Positions 24,961 to 38,100 of a stretch of 64,000 nucleotides of DNA are shown in pieces. A program made the translations under genes and the position numbers. Where the stretch lies: the NCBI GenBank assembly GCA_013265495.1, contig MU057584.1:846608-910607 (forward strand). The letters are read 5' to 3'. Under the pieces are notes generated by a model. That model worked only from the letters and a program-made list of their open reading frames with translations. It ran no database searches and was not told the DNA's origin. This DNA comes from Vicugna vicugna (taxonomy: Eukaryota). Numbering within the stretch: position 1 is the first letter of the stretch; each line of letters opens with the position of its first letter.

Positions 24961-27769
24961 CCGTCCCCGCACTGCCCCAACTGTGACCCCAGCCCGCATC
25001 CCCCACCCCCAACCTGTTACCAGCCTCGAATCGGCACCTTTTATCCCCTCCATCCCCCAAATTCCCTGTCTCCTCCACCCCATGCTCAGCTTTCCCTTCA
25101 TCCTTCATCCCCTTCCCCCTTCCCTATTCTAATCTTCATTCTTAGCCCAGCCGTACCGCCTCTCCATGTCCTCAGCTGGTATTCATCCCCACCCCTCAAC
25201 CTACCCATCCCGAAGCCCTGTCCCTATTCTCCCTCCCCATCCGCAGCACCAATCTTGTGTCTTTCCGAATCTCCGCGCCCCCCTCCTTCATTTCAGTCCT
25301 CAGCTCCACCTCTATTGGGGGGAGGATGGGGAGGTAACAGGAAGTCACAAGCAGAGGGTTGAGGCGGTGTGGGGAGAGGCTCCGACTTGGTTAGTTGCTG
25401 TAGTGGATGGGGTGGGCTTAGTAGTGGGTCTCGACTATTTTCAGGGGCTCATCCTGTTTCGAGGGTCAGGGATTCAGGCTGGTGCCAGGGTTGGGGCTCA
25501 GGCTGGGGACAGATGCAGGTCTGCCATCACTAAGGTTGAGGTCTCTGTGTCAGCAGAGTCAGGGCTCAGCCTGGCACCCACTGTTTTGTTCACCAAACCC
25601 AAGTCTACTATGATTCTTTCCTCTCTATCCAGTCAGTGATTGGGCACAATGGCTCCAGGCAGTGGGCCCAACTAGAACCCTGCTCCCTCTGGGCCTCTGT
25701 CTCCCCTTGGCACCTGGACCCTCTAAGGTACCTTCCCATTCTGATATCTCTGACTCTTCAGTGCCTACTCCAAGAATCAGCCTCAAAGATCTTACACCAC
25801 GTTTTCCTGAGGTTCAAAGTCTGCATCTTTCTAGCCCCTGAAATATCACAGGAGTGTGGCCCCAGGGAGCAGAAGGTAGTAGACAGATGTTGCTTTAGTG
25901 AAAATTCAGGCAGAGCTGTTTGGCTGTGGATGGAAGGCAGCCTCAAGTGATGGTGGTAACATCCCTGTCCCTAATGGACAACAAGCTTTAGCCATGTGTC
26001 CAGTTGTTATGTTGTCTGGATGGGGCTCAGCCACCAGGCAGAGGGAGCAAGCTGGAAGATCCTTTAGGATAAGAAAAATCATGCAGTTAGATCCAGGAAT
26101 TAGGAGACTGGAAAAATCAGCAAGGACCAGATAGAACTGGGCCCCACGGGCCATAGTGAGGAAACTGAACTATTTCCATCAAGGGCTCTGAGGAGCCATG
26201 GCAGGTTCTGAGCAGGGGAGGGACAGAGGCAGATTTGTGCTTTAGTAAGAACTTTCTGACTGCTTCCTGGAGGTAGATTGAGGAAGGGAGGGGGAGAGGA
26301 GGGGCCTGGACCTAGGGAGGTGAGGGAGGAGGGGAAAAAGGAGAGAAAAGATTTGAGGGCAGTGAGGAGGTGAGAAGGACCAGATCTGGTGGCTAAGAGG
26401 CTGTGAGGGGAAGGAGGCACTCAAGATGAGGCCCAGGTCTCCACCCAGGGGCAGGGTGGATGGTGGGGTCATTCCTGATATGAGGCCCAAGAGGAGGATG
26501 AACAGGTGTGGGTAGAGGATGCCCAGATAAGTTTCAAAGTCAGTCCAGAGGTGGTAATTTTTTAATAGTTTTTAAAAGATTTTTTTCAAAACTTGGTGAA
26601 CATGTATTGGCAAATACAAAAAAGTATACCTTGACAAAGTAAATTTCCCTCCTCCCTCTGATCCCCACTTCTGTTAACTACTTGTGTACCTTGGCCAGTA
26701 GGATTCATTGAGCATTCAGGATGTCCCCAGCCTATGCTAAGCCCATCACAGAAGTGGTCTTGCTCAAATCACTCAGCACCTAGATGTGTGGGCCGGTCAC
26801 CATTGCTGTACCCATTTTAGAGAAGTGAAAACTGAGGCTTGGAGAGGGGCAGGGATATGCCTTTTCAAGAGCCTGGCTTTGAAGGATTTTCAAAATTGAA
26901 GGCATGGGGGCAGGTGAGGTCAGAAAGGGAAAAGTCCAAAGGGCCAGGATCTAGAGCCCAGGGAACTGGAGGTGGGTGGCAGGGAGTTCATGGAGGCTGC
27001 CTGGAGGAGGAGTGAAGGAAGCTAGGAAGGTACCTTCCAGAGCCTTCTGATGAAGGGTTTAGATGGAAGTAAGTCACTCCCTTGGTGGGGGCTGAGGTAC
27101 CTCTGGCAGCAGGGCAGTGCCCCCTCCTCAGGCCCCGTAAGTGTGTTCATAGGAGACCAAGGCCACTGGATGACATCTCAGGGACACGGTGATGGCACAG
27201 CCGGCTGTTATGACGTCTGAGTGATTCGCCAACTCCCTATTAGGACCAGCATCTCTAGTCATGCCCTGTTGGGGGGATGAGGCTAGGAGGAAGTGACAGG
27301 CCATGAGGGTGGGGGCGACAGGGATGCAGTCATTCAGAGACCAGGGACTCACAAGCTGAGAGATGCGTTCTGTCCCCTGCCCTAGGGAAGAGTCTCCCAG
27401 AGGTTGGGTGAGGGGATCCATGATTTGAGGCTCTAATTTCAGTGAGGTTTGGGTGGGGTGGAGTCAGTCTGGGCTCAGAATCAGGTCAGCCCAGGGGCTG
27501 CTGAGATCAGAGGCTTTTGTTTTGTTTGCTGCTTTGTCCCCATCACCTGAGACAGTAACTGGCACACTGTAGGGTCCCAATACATCTTTGCTGAATGACT
27601 GAATCAAACGAAAAGTGTCAGCACTCTCTGGGACTCAGTTTACCTTTTTGCTAGCAGCCGTGGCCATCCGGCTGTCTCAGCAGATGGCGTTGCAAGGGAT
27701 ACCCTTCCCAACCCAGGGTCTCAGATCTTAGTCCTCGGCTTCCCATTTGGGGTCGGGGTGAGTAAGAAA

Positions 27770-29030
27770 ATGAGTTCGCGCCTCTGGTGGACTCCGCCTA
27801 CGTGTGATGTCACAAGCCGCTCGGGATACCGACCCATGTCCCTCCCTTGGGATGGGGCGTGGAGAGGAACCCGGGAGTCCTAACTTCCGCCCCTCTCCCG
27901 GGCCGGCAGTGTTACATAACCCCGACGTCGCGTCCACAGGGATGTCGCCGGACGTCCTGGCCAGGCTGGGGACAATGGGCGGGGAGAGGCTCTCCCGCCG
28001 GGAGCCTGGAAGTGGCAAGGGCACCCCCTCCTCTGATTCACCCCTGTTTCCGGCCGGGTTTAGCCTCCTCTTCCTCCTCAGGGATCCTTATCTCCCCCAA
28101 ACTGTCTACCCTCACTTCTTGTACCCCCTAAATTTCAGCTCTACCCTCGAGCCTGCAGATGTATCTGTCCCCTACACCCTGCCTTCCCCAAACTCCCTGC
28201 CCTCACACCAGTCCCTCGTGATTTCCGAATCCCCTGAAAGTCCAGTTTCCCACGCCTTTCACTCACCCATCTTGGGGCCCCTTTCCCTGCTCCCTCAAAC
28301 TACCCCCTACCTTCCTACCCAGCCCCTGCCCTCCCAATCTCCTCCCTTGTCCCCCCACCCAAGATTCTCCCACCGTCTATCTTTCCCAGACCCCTCCCCA
28401 CCTCCTTCAGAGTGACCTCTAATAACTTTCTCGTCCTTAATCACAGCCCCCTCTGTCTCCCAGAAACTGCCCCAACAGCCCTACTTTATCCCCCCAAATC
28501 GGATCCCCTATTCCCTCCTGGCTCCAGACAGCCGCCAGATCCCCCCGGCCTCTCCCGGGTCCCAGGCCCCGAGCCGTCCGCGCCCCTCCCCGGCCGGCTC
28601 CCACGCCCGGCGCGGGTTCCCAGGCCGCCCCCCCGCGGTGGCCCAGAGACCCAGTTTGCGGCGGCAAAACATTGGTCTCCGGGCAACAGTCCCCGCCCGC
28701 CCCTGGGCGGCCCGCTGCGAGCCCGGCTGCGCCGGGGCTGGACTGCGCGAGGACGCGGGGCGGGCGCGCTGGGCAGCGGCCCTGGCCTCCGGAGGCCTGC
28801 GGGGCGCAGAGATCCGGGGAGACAGCAATCGCGGAAGTAGAGATTCAAGGCCCCGGAGCCAGAAACGCGGAGCTATTGGTGGAGGCTGAAGCCACAGGGA
28901 GTTGGCTGGGGCGCAGTGATAAAGAGAGACCGCGCGGCAAGGCAAACAAGGACCAGGCCCCGAAATAAACATGAGGGTAGTGAGGCTAAACACAGACAAC
29001 TCGTGGGTTCGTAGGGACGCCCCTGAAGGC
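27770..29030. promoter_or_regulatory. Bipartite CpG island with promoter-like motifs
   Basis: GTTACATAAC at 27911-27920, TGATGTCA, ETS ACTTCCG/CGGAAGT, ATTGG boxes, GC boxes. Confidence 0.6.
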
Positions 29031-32000
29031 AGGATAATCTACCTCAGATCGTCAGGGCCTTTGCGCTTCTGTCACAGGGACTTCCCTCTCTGACTCTCGG
29101 TTTCTGTATCTGTAAAATGCATAGCACATATGGCTGTTGTGACAATAAGGCTATTGTGAGGATTCACTGAATTCACCGACCTAGAGCTTCTGGCACAATC
29201 CTGGCACACCCCATCCGTCACTCATTCATTCAACAGATATTTATCGAGCGCCCATTACCTTTCAGGCACTGTGGTAAGTGCTGGATATTCAATGCTGAAC
29301 AAGACAAACATCCCTGTCCTCCTGGGAGCTTACACTTTGGAAGTGGGAAGGGAGGTGTTGGGCAATATATAAGCCAAATAAGCAAATTATATAGCACTTT
29401 GGAAAGTAGTAAGTGCCAGGGAGTTGGAGAGGGAAGGGAGAGTTGGGGTTGCCCTTTTAAATAGGGCAGTCAGAAAAGGCCTACATGAGAAGGTGATGCT
29501 TGAGCAAAGATCTGATGATGGTGAGGGAGAAGCCATGCAGTTATCTGGGCCAAGAACATCCCAGGTGCAGGGAGCAGCAAGTGCAAAGGCCTAGGGGCAG
29601 CAGAGATCAGATTCTGGAGGTGTTTGAACGTAGAACTGCAGAATTTGCTGACAGGTACCTTCACGGCAAGCCCTCAGTAGATGCTAGCCATCATGATGGC
29701 ACACCATTATGTTTGGGGGTGCTCACAACATCCCCATAGAAGTCCCTGTCATCCCTATTTTACAGGCGAAGAAACTGAGGTCCCAAGAGGTCACTCAATT
29801 TGCCGAAGGACTCACAGCTCAGTCTGGCTCCAAGGACGGTACCTCTCTATTAGGTTGGCTACCCCCAAGTCCAAAACACCCTCAGGGTCTGGAGCTATAC
29901 CCAAACTGATCCGTATGGGCCCCAGGAACCCTGGAGCTATATCCTCATCAGCCGCACCCAATGGGCGTAGAAAGTGGTGGCCTGATGGAGAATGCTACCT
30001 GACTGGTGTTCAGAACGTCAGTCACCCATGCTGGCCCGGGACACTGGCTTAAAGGCAGGCAGGTACATGTAAAGAGGATCCACCCAGAACCTCCCAGCCC
30101 TGCACCTGCTTCCCACAGTCAATCCCAACACCGGACCCGGCACACCCCAGTGCTGCCTGCAGCAACCTGTTTAACACAGTCACACACTGGCACGCCGATA
30201 GCAATGTGGCCCTCCACCACGGAGGTGCATTTTCAGGAGGTGTGCAGGAAATGCAGTTTCTGTCTCTATCTCTTCGTGTTTCCATGTCTCTCCATCTCTG
30301 TATCTTTTTGTCTCTGTTTCCTCTGTGTCTTGTTATCTTTGTCTCTCTCTGTCCCTATCCTGACCCCAAGCTCTGTCTCCCTGACTCCTTCACACTCAGG
30401 ATCCTCTGCCTGCCATGGAAATCACTCTTGTCCCTAGCGGTGTCTCTGCAGAACCTCACCTATCATGTGACATCAGAACCTGGCACCGTGACATGTGTGT
30501 GGAGGCCTCAGGTCTGCAGCACAGAATCACTCAGGCAAGATCTCACATGTTGGAATCTCTTCCACCTCTTTCTCTGAGATTCTGATGCACAGCTTTTGGG
30601 TGTGGGACCGGGGCAATCCATTTTATAAATCTCCCCAGGTAATGGGGACCCCTGTCACATCTAATTTTGCAACAGGGAAGGGCAGAGGCCCAGTGAGCAG
30701 AGGAACCATCCCAACACCCCACAGCAGACATTGTTGAGGGGCTTGGTGCTGTCTAGAATCTGTGTAATCCTTTTGGGAACAAGTTTGGGAGTTAAAGTAA
30801 ATAATAAAATAAAAGAGAGGTACAAAGACACAGAGAGAGACCCAGAAGTGGAGGGAGATTCAGAGAAAGGGGAGTGGGAGAGAGGCAGAGGAACAGAGAA
30901 AGAGAGTGACAGAAATGCACAGAGTTGGTGCAATGGAGACGGAGAGGGTTAGAAAGATGTGGAGTAAAACTGGAGACACATTAAGAGTCAGAGACTGAGA
31001 GAGACAGCCATTTAGAGGGACAGACCCCCAAGAGGGGCACATTTTCAATGAGACAGTGTACACGTGGCCCACATTTTGTAGGCTCTACTTCCTAGAAGCA
31101 GCCAGTGTCAGTTTGGCAACTGCAGGCTTACCAAGCCAGGTCCCCTCCCCAGGCCCCATATGTAGGATGCACGTTAAACACGTTTATATAACCTGCCCTC
31201 TGTGCAGAATCTAGGAGCTTTACATAACATAGCCCCGTGAGTCATGCTGCAGACATGGGGCACTGACCTGACACGCCCAACAAGAAGGGACCCTTCACCT
31301 GGGACCGTTACCTGGAAGTGACTCTGTGAGCTGTGAGAGATCACAGGTTTCACTGAGGAAAAAGCAGAGGGTCAGAGGGGGCAAGACACTTGCTCTAGGG
31401 TCAGACAGGGGGCCCAGCATGACAAGGATTCCCACCACATCTGCTGGGTTTCATAGAATTTTCACCCTGAGACACCAAGAAAGACAATGACTGCCAATGC
31501 CCTGGGATGTATTCCTTTACAGAGTGGAGGAAATAATAAAAACATCAGTAATAATACAACAGCCCCTTTGTATTGAGCACACTGTGCTGCTGTAAGTACT
31601 TTACAAACACTGTCTCATTTATCCCAAAACCCAGTGGGTGGGGACAGAACCCAGTTATCAACTAACATAATTAGACCTGTTATGTATGGAGCACTCACTA
31701 TGTGCTAAGTGTTTAACAGGATTCCATACAGTCACAATTCTGGAGGTGGGTGATGTTATCAGTCCCATTTCAGGAAGGAAAGAGGCTCAGAAAAAGGAAG
31801 TCACAGGTCAAGGTCACAGAGTGGGTATTTGAATCTGGGTCTCTCTATCGGTTTATCGCTGTCACCCACTCCCCCATGGACATACGTGCCCACAAGTGGG
31901 CTCATTCACATATGCAATCAATCTAACATCTAACACTAACATCTCAAATACTTTCAAGTATCAACAGCTCTTGCCTCATAGTCTTGCTTTACTCCAGAAG

Positions 32001-32049
32001 GGCCTCCAGTCCCCTAAACCTCCCCGATGCCTGGGGAGCGACCCTCTCC

Positions 32050-32560
32050 TCTCCCTGCAGCGCCTCAGTCCTGCAGCGGTAGGAGCCGGATCCTGTAAGG
32101 TGTTCCTGCCCCTTTAAGAGAAAGAACAGTCGGCCGGCGTTGCCCGGCAGCGCCACGGCAGTTGCCAAGCAACGTCAACAAACGACTCAGCCGCCGTCTC
32201 CGCGCGCCACCCGCCCCCCCCGCCCGCGCAGACGCGGTGACGCGACGGGCTGTGGAACGCCGTCGCCTAGCAACGTAAAGGCTGTTTGTCCCAGGCCTGG
32301 CCGCGCGGCCGCACAGGGCGCAACCAGGACCGGCCCGGGCGGACAGACGGGCCGACCGGGAGCCGGGGTGGGGGGGAGGCGCTGCGGTGATGGGAGCGGG
32401 GGAGAACCGGGTCCCCAAATTGCCGGTTTCCCTTTAGACAGCCGCCGTCTGCTTGTCACCCGCTCCTTCTGTCTGACCTGGGACCGCCTCCGCTGGGTAT
32501 CTGTCCGTCTGCGCCCCCTCCTCCCCGGCATGTCTGTCTGTCCAGCGTCTCCTGCGCCGC
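32050..32560. promoter_or_regulatory. CpG island with an RFX X-box cluster
   Basis: GTTGCCCGGCAGC at 32139, GTTGCCAAGCAAC at 32161, GTCGCCTAGCAAC at 32262. Confidence 0.68.
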
Positions 32561-34869
32561 AGCTGTCTCATACTCCCCCAAACAATAACAACTAAAATAG
32601 ACTCAAGCACACTCCTCTGGTGTGCTGCTTTTGCCTTAGACTCCCGTGTGCACTGTTGCTTTTGGGGTCCCAACCAGCGGAGACAGACGCACGGTGAACA
32701 ACCTGTGTGCACACATATATACACTCGAGCCACAGCCCGAGAGCTCCCTCCCGTTCCTTTCCCCGCGCCCCTTGGGTTCTCTTGCCTGTCTTTCTTGAGC
32801 CTCTTTCAGCCCGAGGTCCTTCCATCCTGTGTCCGTCTGGGAAACTGTCCACAGCTGGGAGGTTTTAATCACTCATCCCCAACACACACCCGCAACACCC
32901 CCCATCCAGTAGCTTCATGTGACCAGGGCTGGGGCAAATCTCCAAGCAGAGAGAAGAAACTGGGTGTGTGACAGTGTGAATGGATGTGACTGTAGGTGAG
33001 TGATTCTATCGGTGACAATGTGTACATCGGGGATTTCCTGTGTGAGAGCATGCTCACGAGTGCTTCCTTCATATGTGGGAGCAACTGTCGGTCTGAGGGA
33101 GTGGTTTCCCCAGTTTGCATTTGTGTAGCTGGATGTATGGGTATTTGAACCCCGCTGACTGTGTGTCTATTTGTGTGTACTTGTGAGTCTTTGTATGTGG
33201 TCATATGTGAAACAGTAAGTGTGTAAGTACCTGTGGATGTGTACAGTTTTGCCTCTAGCTTGCATTTCTGGTTGTGTGTGTGTTATGTGTGTCACTCTGG
33301 ATCTCTGTGTATGGTCATCTGTATGTAACTCTGCAGGCAACTGTGTTTGTCAGCAGATTGTCTCTCATGGTTCTTTCTGCAGTGTTTATCACAATTTTTA
33401 ATTATACACTTGTTTGTTTGTTTATGTTCTGTCTCCCCCACTGGACTTCGTGACCCACGAGGGTAGGTCCCAAGGCTGTTGTGGTCATTGCTGGGTTCCC
33501 AGCACTGCCCTGCACACAGTAGGTACTCAGTAATTATTCATTGAGTAAATGAATCAGTGACTCATGAGTGTCTGTGTCAAGTGCACATGTCTGTGTAACT
33601 GTGTGAATGGTACTATGCCTCTGGGTGGCATTCTCCTATGTGTGCCTTCCAGTTTTTTGGGTCTCTTTTCCTACATACGTCTGGCTATGTAGCTCTAATT
33701 TTCCGCACCTACCACACAGTGTGACATGTAGCACAGCTTCAGTCAATATTTGTGGACTTGAACTGTATTAGCATTAGGACCTCTATGTACCTTAGTTTTA
33801 TCATCTGTCTAATGGGTACAAATAATAATGATATCCACTCAGGGGACTGTGGTGGGTAGTAAATGAGTTCATACAGAGAACTCTTAGAAAGTGCATGGTA
33901 CAGAATAAACTTTTACAAAACACCACTTTGGACTGTCAGCAGTACTGTTACCTCCTCTTTGTGTGTCCCTGTATGCATGTGTCCAGAATCTGAATCACAG
34001 ACTCAGGCATTAGCTGTGTGATTCTGAGCTAGTGGGTCCCACAATACTTCCGAGTGTCAATTTCCTTCCTACAAAATGAGCATGATAACAGGCCTAATAC
34101 AGGGATGGTTGTGATCAAATGAAGCCGAGTCTGTAAGTCTTGACCCTGGTGTAAGTTCCCAGGGAGCGCTCAGTGTCTGCAAGGCCCAATCACGATCATG
34201 ACTGTGAAGCTCAGGAAAGGCAGTGGCAGGGTGGAGTTTGGGGGTGGGGAGATTAAAGGTTCAAATCATTCAGTGGGACTGAGAATGAGGAAAGTTGAAG
34301 AGGGACGAAAAAGCACCTGCTGCAGCAGGTTGGCTGAAGGTCAGGGTCCTGGAAGGACATCCTCCAAGGGACTGTTTGGAGGTTTACAATGAAAAGAAGC
34401 TGGAACTGTTAGGAGGGCTGTTGGAGGAACAGAAATCAGCCTGAGTCTTGCAGGCTGGTGGAATTTGGGGAGGGGTAACAACAGCAATAACAATATTGTA
34501 CAGTGTTCAGGCTCTGATAGGGGGTGGGTGAGGAATTTCTGTCTTGTCCTCAGCTCTGTCCCCAGTGCCTAGAGAGCCTGACACAGGCGAGCTGCTGGGA
34601 AAATGTGTCTGAATGGCTGACTGGATGAATAAATGAATGAATGAACTTCATCCCACTTACGGATCTCCAGGGAAGGTGGGGAGGGCCGGGTGGGCTGCCA
34701 GGGCTGGCCTGGGGCCTTAGCCTCTGGGACCTGCCTCGTGCCTGTCCCCTGGGCCATTGTTCCCACAGCTCAGGGCTGCAGAGGGCGTGGAGGGGGCCGG
34801 GAAGGGAGCGTCAGGCTGCCGGCCGCCTGCCCGCCCTGGATAGGTGCCCGGAGTGTCTGCAGGAGGGAG

Positions 34870-35150
34870 AGGGTAGCTCAGGCGCCTGAGTCACCTCGGA
34901 GAAACCCCGGCTGGCCGCCGCATACCTGGCCACTGACATCACGGGCCAGGGCACCCCCGGGCGGCCCAGACAAGCTGACTGAATCACAGGCGGAATTCAG
35001 CCACCCCGGGTGCGGGCACGTGGCCCGCTGTGGCCCCCCCACCCTACGACACCCCCGCGTGGCTGTCTGGCTGCGGGGGCCGGCAGGCCACATTTGGGTC
35101 AGTGAGGGGGCAGGGAGCCTGAGTCAGGGACAGGGCAGCTCCAGCCAGAG
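34870..35150. promoter_or_regulatory. AP-1-rich enhancer-like element
   Basis: TGAGTCA at 34887 and 35120, TGACATCA at 34934, TGAATCA at 34980, CACGTG at 35017. Confidence 0.65.
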
Positions 35151-38100
35151 ACCACCCAGCCGCAGGCGTCCTCAAGGTGCAGAAAGGGAAGTGTGTGAGG
35201 GTGAAAGCCGGTGGGGAGGCCCCTGGGCAGTGAAGAGGAAGCCTGTGTGGGTGTGACTGGGAGGCTGTGGGCTGCGGCCAGCAGCTGGATGACCTGCGGG
35301 GGTGGAAATGGGGTCTGGGTGTTTGCGCAGAGAACAATGGAATCACCATGCCGTGAGCTCACGCACGCACACACCCCAGCTCGGCGAGCCCCTGCCTCCA
35401 CTCACCCTAGGACCGGGGAGCCTCACCACCTCGGTTGGCACCAGCCCTCACTCCACGCAAACCTGCAGGTGGGGCAAGTTCCCTAAGCACTCTGGGCCTC
35501 AGTTTCCTTATCTGTTGAGTGGGGATAATAATAATTATTGCCATGACAGCTTACACTTACAGGGAACATGCTTTCTGCCAGGTACTATTCTAGGCATTTT
35601 ACATATACATTTGTTTACTTTTCAAAACAACGGTAAGAGGGAGGTGCTGTTAGTATTCCCAATTCACAGATGAGGAAATTGAGGCCCAGAGAAGTTAAGT
35701 TACTCGCCCAGCATCACACAGCTTATAGTGTTATTGGAAGAGTTAAACAAGAAAATTAGTTTTCTCAAATGACTGCCAGCTATATTATTAATACTACTCA
35801 TATTATTTTCATTCAAAGTCCAGCCAGAAAGGTCTTCAAAATTGTCATCCTCACCACCTTGGTCTGGTCCTTCCTTTTAGCTTCCCACAGTCTCTCCTAC
35901 TTCCTCTTCTTTGGTCTTGCTTGTCTACTGTGGGGAGAGAGTGCTTTCGGGGATTCTTTCCAGTAGTTGTCCACACCCACCTCCACCAGGAAGTCCTCCT
36001 GGTTTGCTCAGGCCTCACTGAGCACTCCTGCCACCCAATGCCTAGGGGGCTTATAGCCAGTGACACACCATCACACTGTGTGGGTTTGGATTGGGGGTGG
36101 CTAGGAGGTTGGCCCCCATAGTGAGGGAGTCCACAACACCCCGGACCAGGGCCTGAGATAAACCAGTATCAGACAGTGGCCTCTGCGTGCTGTGTCTGCA
36201 TATGTGAAATTGTGTGTGAGTGTGTGTGTGTGTGTGTAGTTGTGAGAGTGCATGGGAAAGATCATAGACAGTGACAGGAGCTGGGTGTGTGATCAGTGTA
36301 TCTGTGTGCCTTGTTCTGTAGGTTTTTATGCAACTCTGAGCAAGTCTGTGGAGCATCTCTGTGCCTGTATGACTGTGGGGGGACCACCACACTAACGTAG
36401 ATAGCCAAGAAATTCTGTGAGCCCACAGCCCTGCGGGTCCTCACAGTGGCAGATGGGGGTGTCTGGCTCTGCCAGTTTGTGTGTGTGGATATGTGTATCT
36501 GTGCAGACAGACAAAGGAATGTGCCTGTCGGCATCTGTGTAGTTTGGTGTATGCACACCCATGATGTGCATGCGTGACAGTGTGCGTTTAGCTCTGCGTG
36601 TGATTGCATGTTTGCTTAGGTAACTGTGTGTCTGTGCAGACAAGGGTCAGAGATGTGTGCGTGTACACCTGTGTTGCCCACCTGTGCATCTGTATTTCTG
36701 TCTCCACGGTTTGGATTCTATAAACCAAGCCTTCTTCTTCCCACCCCTGACAAACGTGTCTACCCTACCCCTGGGAGGACCCCAAGTCACCAGCTCAACT
36801 CACTTCCTCCCTGGGAACAGGCAGGAGGGACAGGCAGGCGGACTGTTTATCAACACCTGGAGTCAGGCCCCAGCACCCATGGACAGCCTTGCTGCATGTC
36901 AACTGGTCTATAACATCTTTCCCCTTCAAACAATGAGATGGCAGAGGAACAGAAGCCCAGATATGTTCCTGCACCAGGAAGTCTGTCAGAGTTTATGAAT
37001 GAATCAATGAGTGAATGGTGAAGATTCACTTAATTAACAGATATTTATTGTGTACCTGCTGAGCACTTGGCACTGGGGACATGGCCATGACCAAGACAGT
37101 GTCAGCCTGGGGCCTGAGTAATAATACAGCCCAGTGAGGAAGATCAGTGATGAACCCAGACAGGCAGAGCAGGGAGCGGGGCTCCCGGGAGACAGGTACT
37201 GACCGAGGGAGGGCTTCCTGGAGGAGTTGGTACAGGAGCTGAGACCTGGAGGAAGAGAGTACCAGCTAGTGGAAGGGGCGGGGTGTGCCCCAGGCAGAGG
37301 AGAGAGCACACACAAAGACCTGAAGATGAGGCAGAGAGACCACAGCATATGGAACACAAAGGAGACTAGGGAGGGGAGAGACTGGCGTAACTGGACCAGG
37401 CCAGATCATGTCCGACCTTGTGGGATGTGCTGAGTGAGGAGTTTGGATGCAGGATTCGGGGGGGGGGTGGTCAAGCTAAGAGTCCCCAACCTGGACTACC
37501 CTGCTTTCCTGAAACTCCACAGACACCCCCTCCAGGAGACCTCTAGGATTGCTCAGTGGGGAGCACCCAGTCACACTCAATAATCAATACTGGGCAGTCA
37601 CAAACCAGCCAGGCTCTACCCTCAGGGAGGTCACAGTCACGGCAGCAGGACACACACCCACACATACAGACCCCTCTCCTCTCGTGCCTCAGAAACTTTC
37701 ACAGGCCTTTCTTTTGGAGCCAGAGCCTTGGCATCACCCAGGGGCTCCTGGAAATGCAAAAGACTACATCAGATGTGCACCAGACCCCCTAGGTGGTTCG
37801 CGATCACATTAACAGCTGAGAAGCACTGTTCTCGGGCTTAACCACCCTGTGCCTCGGTTTCCTTCTCTGTACAACAGGGATAACAACCGAACTTATGTAT
37901 GGGGCTGATGTGGTATGAGGATTGACTGAGATAATGCATGTGAAAGCATTGAGCAGAGCTTACTAAGCATTGACTTTCAGTCTCCTCCTCCTCATTTTTA
38001 TAATTACATTTCAGAACCCAAAAGGACTTTCAGAGCCCACCGTCATCCAACCTTTCTCTGTGGATGCAAGAACAGAGCAGCAAGGGTTTTGCCAAAGGAA

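Noticed and set aside
27776..27791. CTCF-like CCACCAGAGGCGCG on the minus strand
   Set aside because: One base short in the core spacing, so not counted.
24428..28999. Long Pro/Arg/Gly-rich ORFs in CpG islands (234, 203, 163, 142 aa)
   Set aside because: Expected from stop-codon scarcity in GC-rich DNA. They overlap in several frames and show no protein similarity.
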